This document shows positions 1 through 15,700 of a stretch of DNA of 64,000 nt, in pieces; positions within the stretch are counted from its first letter, which is position 1; each line of letters opens with the position of its first letter. The stretch covers positions 23,250,001 through 23,314,000 of the forward strand of contig OZ241826.1 of assembly GCA_965202585.1 (NCBI GenBank), read 5' to 3'. Position numbers and translations under genes: made by a program. Source of the stretch: Thalia democratica (lineage: Eukaryota). The notes beneath the pieces were generated by a model. That model did not search any database. It had not been told where the DNA came from and saw only the letters and a list, made by a program, of their open reading frames with translations.

Positions 1-750
1 AAAGTTTATGTAAACTTTACAATAACTCATTATCAAAGTGGTTATTTTCAACTTGAACTACTGCATAGTTACATATTTGTGGCTTATTTCGTTAGAAGCT
101 ATAACACCTTTTTCAATTAACTTGTTTGTATCTAAACAAACTCAAAGGTTTACACTTTCAACAATTTTATAAATATTCGATGTAAGTACTTCATTAACCT
201 TTAAATAACTTATTTTAAAACGCCCTTTTTTACATCATGTTATCACTTATACTACTTTGATGTTGTCTACCCTTTAGTATAAAACATTTTTAGTTTGAAC
301 AACTAAATTTGATAGATCTAAGCTATACAGCTTTGAGATAACTTTTTACATACTCAAAGATTAAATAGGTCACTTTTAAAAGGACAACTGTATAAAACTT
401 CAAAATGTCAAACTAATATATGCCTCATATTACATGTAACACTTTTATAACAAACACTTTACTATAGAATTATGACGTAATTCTTGCTCTAAACTTATAT
501 TTTAAAAACATTTTGTTAAAAAAAAAAAAAAATAATTGCAACTGTTATTGTGTCTTATATAAATCATTTAACGCAATTAAAACTTCTATTTTCCTTAAAC
601 CAAACCCACTATCGCGTCATAAACGACATGTACCTTACAGGAAAACAAACATAAGGGCAAAAAGAATAAATATGATTTTTTTTATATTTCATTTAACGCA
701 ACTAAAACATCTGTTTTCTTATTTCAAATTTTACGATTATTACGTCACAG

Positions 751-3700
751 GAATGCGGTGTGTTGTCACAATGGACCGCGTGGGGATCATGCTCGGTAAC
801 TTGCGGAGGAGGATCCAGATCGAGGACCAGATTCTGCGACTACCAGACGTACTCCAGAGGGTGCGGAGACGGTATGCTGGAGGAATACGAAAACTGCAAC
901 CAATTGGTACGTTGTTTGGAGCTAGTTTGTTTCTTGAAACACACAATAGATCTAACCTTGTTATTTCTTAATATCCGATACATAACCGACAGTTTTAAGC
1001 TATCTCAGTATAAGTAAAAAAGTTTATTGCTTTCTTTAAAAAAGCAAACCTAAAAGATTTTTTATATCTTGTATGAATATGTATAAAATAATATTCTAAT
1101 AAAACATATTTTGAATATTTTTATTTTTTACAGTAACAACTAAAATAAATTGCATAAAACATTCTTAATTACTAAAATAACCGTTAATTTTTATTTTTTG
1201 CTGAGTAAATTTAAAAACTTGATATTTTTCACGATACAATTATTCATATCACAATCCATCATAACAGCTTTACGGAAAAATAAACGCAAAAATACTCGAT
1301 GACTCATATAAATTTAAAATTTTCACCTGTTGCTCTACAAGTGTTGTTTACTGTGTAAATTTGAGATAAAATTTGCGGTGTTTTCTGTAAACACGAGTAA
1401 ATTCGAATTTGATTTATCGTCAAACTATTAATAAATGCGATACGAGCAATTTATTTCTGTTTTACACAAACGACTATTTGTCGTGTAAAAGTGATAAGAT
1501 CTTCAAGTTTAAATACAAACAGTGAGCTAACATACCGTATAAATATTTGTCTGCTATAAAAATAAACTTTGAAAAACACCCTTCAAAAGTTTTTACAACT
1601 AAGTTGTGTTTTTTATATAAATTGTTTATACTTATCACAACAAATGTAAATGATCAATTTTCTTTTGTTATTGTAAACAAATGTGTGTTATTACGCTTAT
1701 TTTATAACAATGTATAGGTAGATAAAATTATAATCTCTATTCAAGTATTTAAATTTAAACTTTCAAAATTCTTCAAAAATACAAAACTACTTATGTATAA
1801 AAGTAACGTAATATTCTATAATTGAAACAATAAAAACCATATTACTGCCGTACACAACTTTAAATTGTGAATAAAGCGGTGCTAAGCTTGTTTCAAATGA
1901 ATACTAATTCTTTAAAACATTCAAATCAAACAGAACTTATAAAATTATAAATAAAAAAAACCTTGTAACACAAACCGTGTTGTAGAAAAAACTTTATAAC
2001 GTCATACTAACAGCATAAAACAACAAAACAAAACCTTACTAACAATTTAACTAACCAGCCATGCGTGATGTGGATGCAATGGTCTGATTGGTCGGACTGC
2101 AGCGTGGACTGCGGACAAGGATTCAGGTCCAGGTCGAGGATGTGCACCGGAGGATCGCTCTTCAGCGAGATGGGATCCGGAGATCAGTGCGACTCCATCG
2201 GACTCGACGGAAGCGAGAGTTTCGAAACCATGTCCTGCGTTGAAGGAGTTAGTAATATTATTTTTATATATTGTTCATGTTTTTATTAGATTTTTTTGGA
2301 TCAAAAGAAGTTTGTATAAATTTATTGTAAAAATATATTCTATCATTATGCTTAAAAACTACAGTTCATAAAAACAATCATTCTAAAACTTTTATTTTAA
2401 ACCTGACTCTTTTAGACCTTCTTTTAATAAGAAAAAAAGTATTGAAAATTAAAAGGCTTTTACTCAGATTAAACAACTGTTTTTTAGCTTAACTAAACTA
2501 ACATCTAAAACCATAGGAATGCGCCTTCTGGAACGACTGGAGCTCATGGACTGACTGCAGCGCGGAATGCGACGGAGGGTTCAGGTCCAGATCCAGGATC
2601 TGCTCTTTCGGAAACCCGGGAGACGCGGGATGCCTCGGACAGGCTTACGAGAGGCTCACTTGCAACAACTTCGTTAGTTTGATATTTGTGTGATTTGATA
2701 GCGAAGTTTGAAAATAAATCACAGGAAGCTTTATTATTTTCTAAAATACGATTTATTTAAAATAACTGAAAGTTAAGTTATTTTAAAAATTTAAAACTTT
2801 TAACGCTTAATTAAAATCGTTCAGTTTATCGTTTTATCCTAAAAAAGACAAATAAAGTCACAAAATTATATTAACTTAAAAACCTATTTATTTAAAATGT
2901 GTTTTCGGCACAAATTTATTCAAACTCCCACACTTTTAAAGGCATGCCCGATGTGGAGCGAATGGTCAGCCTTCTCTGTGTGCAGTGTGACTTGCGGAGG
3001 AGGAATGAGGATGAGGAACAGGATCTGCATCAACGAGGATCTTGATAATGACATCACTTGTCCGGGTGCAGCTGAAGAAGAAGACTACTGCAATGGAGAT
3101 GTAAGTATACTTTGAAACTAAATTGTTTTAGTTAGTATTTTTTAACAAATCATGAACTATTTACTGCAAAGTTTAAGTTCTGAAAGTTTTTACTAGTGTT
3201 TATACTATTATGATTTGTTATATTATACTAAAATTGCTTTAATAAGAACCAATAATACACTTTAAAAACTTTTAAGCTAAAGAGGTTGATATCCATGCTT
3301 AAAAAGACCAAGTATACATACTAAAAAGCTAAATACACAAAAACAAATGAATCAACAGTTAACTTTTGTTTTATAATACTTAGGTCTGCCCATACTGGTC
3401 CGAATGGAGCTACTGGGGCGGATGCTCTGTGTCGTGCGGAGGCGGATCCAGGACCAGGGACAGGTTCTGTTTGAACGGAGAAGTCGGTCAGCTCGGATGC
3501 GTCGGACCAACCATCGAAGACGAGGGGTGCAACCTTGAGGTAAGAGATTAAAAAAAAAAATTTTTTTATTGAAAAATTGCATTTTAAATTAAAAAAATTG
3601 TTAGGCTAGAACTTTTTTAGAAAAATTTTTGTTTTCTTAATTTTTTTGTTCAGCACAACAATAAAGTTTTAATAGCTAGGTATGTTACAACTTACTTAAC

Positions 3701-6700
3701 AAACAAAATATATTTTAAAAATTGTTGAAAACAATTTTACACTTTCAGGCTTGCCCCTTCTGGGACCAATGGAGCGCGTACGGCGAGTGTTCATCGCGAT
3801 GCGGCGAAGGATACAGGACCAGGGAGAGAGAATGCAATGGGGGCATGCCGGGAATCGCCGGGTGCACCGGAGACTACAAACAAGTCATCGAGTGCAACAA
3901 TGAGGTACGTGGTTTAAATGTAAAATTAATATATTTAACAACTTCTTAAGCTTTACACAAAAATTATACTATTATTTTTTGCTGAATAACTATAACTTTG
4001 CAAACTTTATACTAATAACCTTCTTTTACATATAATAGTTAAAATTACTGTTTTTAAGGTTGCTTACATTTCTAAAACCTTAGTACTAACCTTTTAAAAC
4101 AACTAATCAACAGAAATGCGCTTCATGGGTGCCGTGGATGTCGTGGACCGAGTGCACTTCCACGTGCGGAAGAGGCACCAGGATGAGGATGAGGCTGTGC
4201 GAGAACGGAAACGCCGGTGACGTGGGATGCGAGGGAGACAGCAACGAATCAGAAGACTGCATTCGTGGTGTGAGTAGAGTGTTAGAAAATATAAAAGACT
4301 TAAAAAATAACAAATTGAAGACTACGATGAAGTTTAAACTTTGGTTTTTAAGCATTAAAAGTAATCTTTTTAATTTTTTCAAACTACTTTTTTGATAGTT
4401 ATAATCAAAAAGACGAATATAAATATGCTGATTTTCTTATAAAAACTCTTTTATAAATTTGTTATAAAACTAATTGGTGAATTAAAAGTTTAAAAAATTC
4501 AATTAAGTTTTTCTAAAAGTTGTGCGCATTCTGGCAAGACTGGTCGACATGGACTAGCTGCAGCGCCTCGTGCGGCGAAAGTTCGAGGAACAGGTACAGG
4601 ATTTGCAGGAACGGCGTGGCTGGTGACGAGGGTTGCGAGGGTTTGAGCGACGAAGTTGAACTTTGCAACGTTCCACAAGTAAGATTTGTTATTTTGTGAA
4701 TTCTTATCAGTATTTATGTTAGATGAAGTTATTTTTTATTCAAATTTAGTCATCATAAATTTTTCTTCACAGTTTTGAACGAAAATCAATAGCTAACTTT
4801 ACCAAGTAATATGTTCAAAAAATTTCATTAAAGTTAGACTTTTTAAATACAGTTTAAAAACTTATGTTAGAATTGTAACTTTATAAAAAGTAAAATGTAG
4901 TTGAAACCTAATAATTTTTGCTTATAAAGCTACAATTTAATTTCCAAACAGTTGTGCCCGCAATGGTCAGCTTGGTTGTCGTGGTCCGACTGCACCCAGA
5001 TCTGCGGAGGAGGAATGAGAGAGAGGTCACGTGTCTGCCTCAACGCTCCAATGAACTTGGACTACACTCCGTGCCCAGGACCCGCGTCCGAAGAAGAATC
5101 CTGCAACGGAAGGGTGACTATTTGAAAATAAATTAAAAAAATAAAGATAATTGAACTTCTTATTTCACACATTTAATAATACTTAAAAACGTTAAAATTT
5201 GTTCGTACTATTAAAGGTTTAAAAAAGTAGTTTTTAAAACTTTTAATAACTTATGTTTTGATATAGCTTATTAGTTTTTTTAGGTTTAACATAAGTTCAC
5301 TTTCTATAAAAGTTTTTAAGTTCCAAGTATAAGTTATGTAATTTTTTTTATTTAGATGTGCCCTTACTACACTGAGTGGAGCCCATACGATCCATGCTCG
5401 GTGTCTTGCGGAGGAGGCGTCCAATCACAATCCAGGATTTGTTTGAACTCTTACGCCGACTTGACCTGCGACGGTGACGAAATCAAAATCAGAACTTGCA
5501 ACGAACAGGTACGAACTATTTCAATAGTTTATTACTTATCTATTTTGAATGTTCACTTAAATAAAGTATGCTTTTCAAAATTTTCCTACTTAACTAAAAT
5601 AAAAACATTTTTTATTATATAAAATGTAATCGTTGACACTTTGTTTAAAGCTTCAAGAATTAAAAGCTAAGTTGTTTCAATTTCTGAATCAAAGTAAAAG
5701 TTTTTAAAGTAATGAATATTCTTTCAGGCATGCCCGTACTTCGGAGAGTGGACCATGTGGGAGCCGTGCAGCAAGTCATGCGGAACGGGAGTGCAGGGCA
5801 GGGAAAGGACCTGTATCGCGGACGACGACTTCAGCGCAACCAAGTGTGTCGGCGACAGATTCGAAGATCGCGTCTGTAACCAGCAGGTGAGAAAAAACTG
5901 TTCATTTGTTTGTATATTTGTTTATAATATGTATAATAATTTAAATTTTGTCACAATTTCATTATATTTCTTAAAAGTTTTAAGTTTGTCAGGTTTTTCT
6001 GTCATCAACAAGTGAGAATTGTTTTCGTAGTTTATTTAAGAAACCGTGAAATACTTTTCGGAAAATTCAATTAGCAAGCTACACATTTTAGATTATTTTA
6101 AAAACAGCGATTACCATAAATATATTATCTAAAATGTAAAAGTAAACATGTTTAGTAACCAGCAATTAAAAAAACAACTTCGTTTCTTGAGGTGTGTTTA
6201 ATAAAAAACATAAGCGAATTTTATTGCAGCTTGATTGATTTCTCGGAAATTCGCAATTATGTCAAGTAAACAACATATCGCGCGATATAATTTGTAATTA
6301 ATTAGTTAACATTTTGATAAATTATTTTATTAAAGTACCAAATAATTGTCAGTTAAATTAGCAATAAGTTGTCAAACTAGTTTAAGCAAACACTTTCCCA
6401 TAACGTTTGCATGCTTTTTTTTTGATGAAAAAACATGTAAATAAACTAATCATAACCTATTTCTTAACGACATGCAATAATCTAAAAAACTTGAGAAACT
6501 TGATTTATTACATTACTGTTTAATATAGCGTCACAATTAATTGAATTACAATTACAAACACTAATACGCTTGTATAGCATTTTATTCAGCCTTTTAAAAC
6601 CTACTGTAGAACATAAGTCTTATACAAACATTTAAACTAAACACATTTTACCAGACATGTACATCATGGTCAGCATTATCTTTAAACCTTTTTTTTCTGG

Positions 6701-9700
6701 AAAAAAATCTACACAAATTAAAATACTTGAATGTTTAAAGCTAAATTTAAATATTAAAGCACATTTGAAACTATATTAAACACAATTTATATCACTAAGC
6801 AATAATTTTATACACGACTTAAAGTCAATTATTCTTCCAGGCCTGCCCATCGTGGTCAGTGTGGACCGAGTGGTCGATGTGCAGCGTGTCTTGCGGACGT
6901 GGAACCAGGCAGAAGTCGAGGACGTGCACCAACGGAGCCATCGGAATGGACGGGTGCCCAGAAGGCATGAACGTCATGACCGAATCGTGCGTCAGAGGAG
7001 TTAGTTTTGAATATTATTTATACAATGCTTGTTTCAAACTATGTATACATTGATATATAGATTTTCACACACGTTATAAATTTTAAAACTTCTTTTGAAT
7101 GAATTATAGCACAATAAAAGTTGTTTTTATTTTAAAACTTTTAATCCAAACTTTAGCAGCTTAATTTTACATAAGACTTCTTTTTACAAGACAGATTGTA
7201 CTTTAAAGTATATTACATCAAAACAAGTAAAAAGCTAAGGAAGAGTTTTAAAATTACATAGTCAAAACTTTACGTTCAATTTTCATTATAAAAAAAACAC
7301 TTTTTATAAACCAAGTACTAATACAAATGATCTCAACAGTTCTGCCCGTACTGGAGCGAGTGGGGAATGTACTCGCAATGCTCAGCTTCGTGCGGAGGCG
7401 GAGTCAGGATGCGCTCCAGGGAGTGCATCAACGGAGGACTCTTGCAGTCGTGTCCGGGTGACGCAACCGAGGCGACCACCTGCAACACCGAGCCGTGCCC
7501 CATGTGGCTGCCGTGGTCGGACTGGACCGACTGCAGCTCGACGTGCGGCGGAGGAGTGATGACCAGAGACAGGGAGTGCATGAACGGAATGGCCGGAAGC
7601 GACGGGTGCATGGGAGCCTCAAGCGAGTCCATGGCCTGCAACGCTGTTGTGAGTTACAAGCTGTTTATTATTTGTATAAGAAAAAAATATCATACTTATT
7701 TAATTGCATCAAGAAACTATAGGTTTTCCTTTTTTAAAGTTTATCATTAAAGACGGTTAATTATTTAAGAGAACGTCTGAAAAGAAAAAAACAAGGGAAT
7801 TTGAGAAAAAACAGATGCTTTGTAGCAGTAAAGTGCACCAAGAGCTCAGAAAAAATATTAAACCGTTTAACAGGCTTGCAGCTTCTACATGCCTTGGAAC
7901 ATTTGGACGGAGTGCAGCCAGTCTTGCGACGGGGGAGTCACCTCCAGAATGAGGGTTTGCAACACCGAAGAAGGTGCCGCCCCTTGCGAAGGCAACAACA
8001 TGGAGACCAAGTTCTGCAACAACCAGGTATTGTTACGTCATAATTAAGTCAAAATTATTTGTAAATTACTTAAGAAATTTTTTTTGATTGTTTTATTTTT
8101 AAAAAATAGTTGTTTAAACCTATAATTTAGTGCCTTGTATGTGTAAACAATTGGGTTAAAACGTAATTTTATTGATTAAGTTATTTAAGTAGTAATTTCT
8201 GTATCGCAATAAAAAAAATATTCTTTTTACTTTTCACTTAATTACTAACCAATCAACAGGCTAAACTAAAAAAACTAACTAACTAACTAAAAAACACATA
8301 AAAACACACTAAAAAACTGATATCTTTTAAAATCGATGAGTCTTGCAAAATATTCTTTTTACTTTTCACTTAATAATATTACCTACCTACTAACACAGGC
8401 ATGCCCATACTGGGACCAATGGTCGTCTTTCAGCGACTGCACCAAGGAGTGCGGCGGTGGAGTCATCAAACGTCACAGGGAGTGTGTCAACGGTTACCCT
8501 GGCGACGCGGGTTGCCAAGGTGACAACATGGAATCCGCTAGCTGTCAGGACAGAGTTAGTATATTATTCAATTTATTTGTTCGTAATAACCATACAAAAC
8601 ACTATGGTATGAAAATATCTAGATTAATTTATTGTTACTGTATACCTATTGAAAGTCTTCTTTTTAGATGCTCAAATTACTTTGTTGTTAAATTTTCTTC
8701 AAACTAACACTTTTATTAGTTTTTTTCTCTTATAAATTCAATGGAGTAGATAAGCATATATATACCTTTTGACTACAGTGAATTATGTAAAATACTCATA
8801 CTTTCAACAGCCTTGCCCATCTTGGTCGCAATGGACCGCTTTCACCGATTGTTCAGTGACTTGCGGCGTGGGACAGAGGACCAGAAACAGGTTCTGCGAG
8901 AACTCGTACGAAGACCTGACTTGCCCCGGACCAAGCTTTGAAACCGTCGACTGCACTGTCAACGTGAGTTAAGAAAATATAAATTAAATTATTTAAAAAC
9001 ATTATTTCAGCTTACTTTTTATGGCATTCTAAATGAACTTCACCATTTAGTTCCATGAACAAATCAAATCAAATAAGCTATATTTCCATTATGAGACAGT
9101 TAAAAAATGATAAAAAATTTAATCTATCACTAACAATTCACTTTGAGCAAGCAATGTTTAAAAATAAGTTCAAGCAAACATGTTTTTTAAACTTTAAAGT
9201 TAATACTAAACACAATTAACAAAACAGAACTGCGCTTACTGGGCCGAATGGGGCGCCTTCAGCGACTGCAGCAAGTCGTGCCTGGGCGGCCAGATGACCC
9301 GTTTCAGGTTGTGCATCAACGGAATTGCCGGACAGAGCGGCTGTGAGGGCAGCAACGAGGAGACTTCCGCCTGCAACATCAAGCCGTGCGCCACTTGGAG
9401 CGAATGGGGCAACTGGACCGACTGCAGCACCACTTGTGGTGGAGGCATCAGGAGCCACAGGAGGGATTGCATCTACGGCGAGCCGGGTGACATCGGTTGC
9501 CAGGGATCCGCTTACGAGCAGGGATACTGCAGCGAACAGGTTTGTATCTTTATATTAAAATACGACCAATTATGTTCTTTAAAGTTTTGATTTAAATTTA
9601 AAATAACGCTAAAAAGCATTAAAATTTATCGAAAAATACTTGTATAAAAATAATTAACATATCTTTAATTTAAAATATTTCAATTCTTATTTACAACAAT

Positions 9701-12700
9701 TTTAACTTCTAACGCTAAACAATTATTTTTTACAACTATTTACTCAAATAACAGGTGTGCCCATACTGGTCTCACTACGGAAGCGCTGACGAGTGCAGCG
9801 TGACTTGCGGAGGCGGAGTGTCAGCCAGGAGCAGGTACTGCGTCAACGGAATGCCGGGAATGCAGGGTTGCGAAGGAGAAAGCATACTAATGAACGTCTG
9901 CAACGAACAGGTATATAAATAAAAAAACTACATAGAACTTCGTCATGCCAACTTGAAAATTTTTTATAAAACTTTTTAACTTTTTCATTAAATGATTTTT
10001 CCTACAAGCTTAATAAATAGAGCAAATAAAACATTTCATTACAAAATAGAATTAAATTTAGTAAACTTTTTAAACAGCACAAAAGGTTTCAAGCATATAA
10101 CAACCTATCGTAAATAACTAAAACTCTTTACAGCCATGTCCATACTGGGAACAATGGACCGCATTCAGCCCGTGCTCATCGACCTGCGGTGAGGGCAAAC
10201 AGTCACGTGGTCGTCGTTGCATCAACGGCGTGCCCGGATCCATCGGTTGCGAGGGATCCACTAATGACGATCAGTCCTGCAACCTTGGCGAGTGTCAGAC
10301 CCCGTCCTGGTTGTCATGGGAATCGTGGTCGCTGTGTACTCAATCTTGCGGTGGAGGATACCAGCGCAGGGTGAGGGGATGCTCCATGGAGAACAGGTGC
10401 ATCGGACCTTACCAGGAAGACAGGAGCTGTAACACTGACGTATGTTTTTCGTTTTTATAATATCTAAGAATAAAGATGATTTTGCTTTTATTTTTGGTTT
10501 TGTCCTATTAAAACGCTTAAAACAGTACTTTTGAAACTCAAACAAACAAAATTAAAAAAAATACCTCGACTAGACCAAAGTATTTTCACACTACTTTAAA
10601 ATCACATTCAACCAACAGGCTTGCGCCAGATGGACTACCTGGACCGCTTTCGGAGCTTGCAGCGTGTCCTGCGGCGGCGGAATCAGCACCAGGTCAAGGT
10701 CCTGCATGAACGGAGAGGCTGGCGTCAGCGCCGGATGCCTCGGAGAGGCCATGGAAGCTTCGGGCTGCAACGTCAACGAGTGCCCCGCTTGGTCATCGTG
10801 GTCTCAGGCCGGCTTGTGCTCCGTGTCGTGCGGAGGCGGAGTCCAAAAGAGGACCAGAACTTGCGTTAACGGCATGCCGGGAATGGACGGGTGCAGAGGA
10901 TCAAGAGACCTCATGAACGACTGCAACGAACAGGTAATGATTTTTTTTTTTTTAATAATACTTAAAACTTGTTTGAAAAAATTATAAATTTTACACATTG
11001 TTGTAAACTGTTATTGAATTTATTTCAAAGAAAAGTTATTGTATATATATAAAAGCTCCATCGACTAAATTAATACATATAATTGATTGCACACTCAACA
11101 ACCTATTTTTTTGATTAAAATCAAATTAGTTACTGACTAAATAAATTTACACACAACTCTTAAACAGGCATGCCCAGTCTACTCAATGTGGAGTGCATGG
11201 GACGAATGTAGTACCACCTGCGGACTCGGATCCAGGAGGAGGTACAGATCCTGCTCATATCCCGATGACGATCTCTGCGTCGGACTCCCAATGGAAGAAG
11301 AGGCATGCGTCAGAGGAGTGAGTAGATTGATAATATTTTGTTAACTCAATAAAAGAAGTAACTAGTCTGAGTTTCGTGAAAATTTAATTTAGTAGCACAG
11401 TAAATTAAGCTCACTAAAACTCAACCAAAGCTTTTCTTCTTTTTTCAATAAATTTCAATAATAAGTAGCAAAAGGCTAAATGCCTCACATTATTTTACAT
11501 TTATAATTATAACCTCATTACAAATCAGTTTTTAATTTTTAAACTCTCCACAGAACTGCGCATACTGGAGCTTGTGGGGAACTTGGTCCGCTTGCCCGGC
11601 AACGTGCGGCGGCGGAATCAGGACCCACACCAGGATCTGCGTCAACGGCGAGATTGGCGACGACGGTTGCCAGGGCAACGCCATGGAGGCCGTCGCCTGC
11701 CCCAACCCCGTCTGCCCCATCCTGGAGTACTTGCCGTGGTCGGAGTGCAGCGTGAGTTGCGGAGGAGGCAAGCAGGTCAAGAACCAAGTCTGCTTGAACT
11801 CGAACGAAGCCGAGTGTCCCAAGCTTGTGTCTGAAGAAAGAGCTTGCAACGAACAAGTTAGTATTTAATAATGTAAATATAGAAAGATAAATAAATATGA
11901 ACCTATTTACTTTCAATATATATTTAAGCGTTCACAACTAATCTTTTTTTAAATACTGTTGATAATTTGTTATAACTTTTAATTACTTTTTTAAATTGAT
12001 TTAAAGTTTTTTCTTAGAAGTGTAAAGTCAATGTTGTTATGCTAAAGATCTTTAACTTAAGACACTCTAAAAATTTTCTATTTCACGCAGCAATGCCCAC
12101 AATGGAGCGCATTCGGACCGTTCGGAGCTTGCAGTGAGTCTTGCGGAGGCGGAGTGAAGATCCAGTTCAGGCAGTGCTTGAACGGAAACGCGGGTGAAGC
12201 CGGTTGCGAAGGTGACGACTTCAACAGAGCCGTCTGCAACATCGAGGTATGACGTCATAATTGTTTTTTGAGCATAATTTTCTAATTTACTTAAAATCTA
12301 TTTTGAGAGAGTATTTTTTAAACCATCATAAGCACAAATTCGCAAAGTTTTGTTCAAGTATTGTTAATTAAGTTGTTTGAAGCATATCTCTACGCAGTAT
12401 TATAAGGAAATTTTTGTTATTTTCTTTAGTAGACGTTAAGAACATTGCCTTTTACTATATCACTATAATAACCATTCTAAACACACAGGCCTGCCCAATG
12501 TGGTTCGACTGGGGACCATGGACCAGATGCTCGAAGACCTGCGGTGGCGGTCTTGAGATGAGAGAAAGGGGATGCAACGTTGACATTGACCTCTGCTTCG
12601 GACAATCCATGCAGAGAAGACCTTGCAATGTTCACGTGAGTTAACTGTTTTGAACAATAGATCTGTAATAGAATAAAAATAAAATCTTAAAACATTTAAA

Positions 12701-15700
12701 CCAAACAAGGAGCTTTTCTGTTAGTCAAAGATTGTTTAATAAACTTTTTGAATTTATTTTTTAAGAAAAACTACAGTTAACAAACTTTAAAGTTAACCTA
12801 AACAAAACTCGAATTTAAACTGTTTTTACTTTGACTTTTTAAAAATGTACTGTTTTTTAAATTAAAATATAAAACTTTCATTTCAAATCATTCCAGGCTT
12901 GCCCATACCTGACCGAGTGGTCTGAGTGGACTCCGTGCAGCGCCATCTGCGGCGAAGGATTCCAGCACCACCACCGCATCTGCGTCAACGGAGAGTTTGG
13001 CGACGTCGGGTGCCAGGGAGAAGAGTCTGAAACAAGGACGTGCCAGGCCCAGGCTTGCGCATCGTGGGCCTCATGGACCATGTTCACTGGTTGCAGTGTG
13101 AGCTGCGGCGGAGGAGTGCAGACCAGGCAGCGCGAGTGTTTCCGCGGCAACGCCGGGGAGGCCGGTTGCGAGGGACCTACCGTGGACATGTCCATGTGCA
13201 ATACTCAAGTGAGTTTGATATTGGTTGAATACTTACGCTGGAAAATTTTTGGCTTTGGACTTATATCTTGAGAAATATGCAAAATAGTAATACTAAAGTT
13301 AAAACTTAAAATGTAATATTTTGTAACTTCAAACTTATCAGGAGAAAAATTGAAAACTGCAATTTTAATATTTCAAGCTAATTTTAGCAAGTTTTGTACT
13401 AAAACTATAGTATATTTTTTTAACATAAAAAACTCTTTATAAAAACTAAAAAAAATATTCAGGACTGCCCAGTATTCCAGCAATGGAGCGACTGGAGCGC
13501 ATGCTCGCAGACTTGCGGAGGAGGAATAATGAGAAGAGAAAGGAGATGCGACAACGGGTTGCCGGGTGAAGACGGTTGCCAAGGAGACGTTCTCGAAATC
13601 ATGCAGTGCAATGATGACGTAAGTGACTTATGAAAAATAAAAAAAGCACATATAATTTATAATCACATGATCAGATTATTTTATTAGCTAAGTTTTAAGA
13701 AAGTAGTTTTACATTACAAAATAAAAAATAATAAAATCCTTAGTAGTATTTCATCTGACGACTAGCAAAACTTAATATTTATAATATTTTAAGTTTTTAA
13801 AGATACAATAGTGAACTTTGATGATATTTTAATTTGTTTTAATTTCCAGGAATGCCCATACTGGGGCGGATGGACCGCGTGGGACCAATGCTCGGTGAGC
13901 TGCGGAGCCGGAATCAGGATCCGATCCAGGGACTGCGTCTTCGGCAACATCGGCGTCGAGGGATGCCGCGGCGACGCCATCGAGTCGGCTCAGTGCATAC
14001 AGGGCGTGTGCCCGTACTGGGAGTTCTGGTCGCCGTGGTCCGGATGCAGCGAGGTGTGCGACGGAGGCGTCAGGAGCAGGTACAGGAACTGCATCAACGG
14101 CGTCGAGGGACAAGGAGAGTGCCAGGGTGCCGCCAAGGAAGAAGAAACTTGCAACAACGACGTCAGTATTTACAAACTGTTTTTCCTTAAACTTAGAAAC
14201 ACCATTGAAACTTGTACTTAAGCACTTGAAAATCTTACTCATTATTTGCGTTATAAAACCAAGTCACTTAACTTTGTTTAAAATGGATTTAAAAACTATT
14301 TTATATATGTAGTTATATCCGTAATAAAGTTAATTTGTTTAACAGGCATGCTCAAGATGGACCGAATGGACAGAGTGGTCGATGTGCTCACTCTCCTGCA
14401 ACGGAGGCGTCAGGTCGCGTGCTCGCTCATGTGTGAACGGCTTGCCGGGAGACCGCGGTTGCCGCGGCAGCTCCAGCGAGCAAGAGTTCTGCAACCCGCA
14501 GGCGTGCCCCTACTTCAGCACCTGGATGCCGTGGTCGTCGTGCAGCGAACCGTGCGACGGAGGCTTCAGGACCCACCAGAGGATGTGTTTGAACGGTGAA
14601 GTTGGTGACGACGGTTGCGACGGCAACATGATGGAGAGCCAGATGTGCAACAATGACGTTAGTGTTTGTTTTGTTTGATGTTGATTTATGAAGAAGCCAG
14701 AAAAAAAATACAATTTTTTTTATTAGTTGGTTCATAAACGCATAAAAGTGTCTTTGTTTTTATTTCATCAAAAGTATGACTCTTTCAAAACTTTGTTTTT
14801 TAAACTAGTTATAAATATCAAAGATTTGTGTTTCAAGTTGTTTACTTATTTTACCATAAAAATCAAAAGTAGTTCAACTTAAAAACAACAAGCAAATAAA
14901 TTATTGCATAATTAAAATTTTCTCCTTACAGCCATGCCCAACATGGTCTGCATGGACATCATGGGGATCTTGCACCAAGTCGTGCGGAGGCGGAGTCAGA
15001 GGAAGAAAGCGTGATTGTCCAGCTGACGACGACAGCTTGCTCACTTGCGAGGGACAAGCCGATGACTACGAAAACTGCAACGAACAGGTTTGTAAATTTT
15101 TAGTTAGATTGCTATACTAATTCGAAGAGCAGGTTAATAAGGTTACTTGAAATGATCAAATTAACTACTCTTATACAATAACTTTTTGCTTTAAACCAAT
15201 CATTCATTACATTAAACTTTCAAGGACAAATAATTCACAATTAGTTTTTTATAAAATTAAAATCTTAAAACAGTTCATATAATATTGTATATTAAACATC
15301 TCTTAGGATACTAATTCTGAATACAAACCTATCAAAACAGAACTGCCCGGCATGGAACAACTGGTCGATGTGGACCGAGTGCAGCGTGTCGTGCGGCAAG
15401 GGAGTGATCACCAGGGGTCGCGTGTGCGTCGACGGCGTCAAGGGCCAGTTCGGCTGCGACGGCGACGACTTCAACAGCGTCGACTGCGTCAGGGGCGACT
15501 GCGCCTACTACGACCAGTGGTCGTCGTGGGGCATGTGCAGCCAGTCTTGCGGAGGCGGAGTGAGGAGCCACGTGAGGAGGTGCGTCAACGGCATCGCCGG
15601 CGACGTCGGTTGCGAGGAGCCCGCCATGGAAATTGAGTCTTGCAATAACCAGGTATGTGAATGTTATCATAAATAAATATGAATTTATAACTAAATGTAT

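Noticed and set aside
1226-1489. Possible MITE in intron 1 (loose inverted similarity)
   Set aside because: The terminal repeats are too degenerate, there is no target-site duplication, and no second copy occurs in the window.
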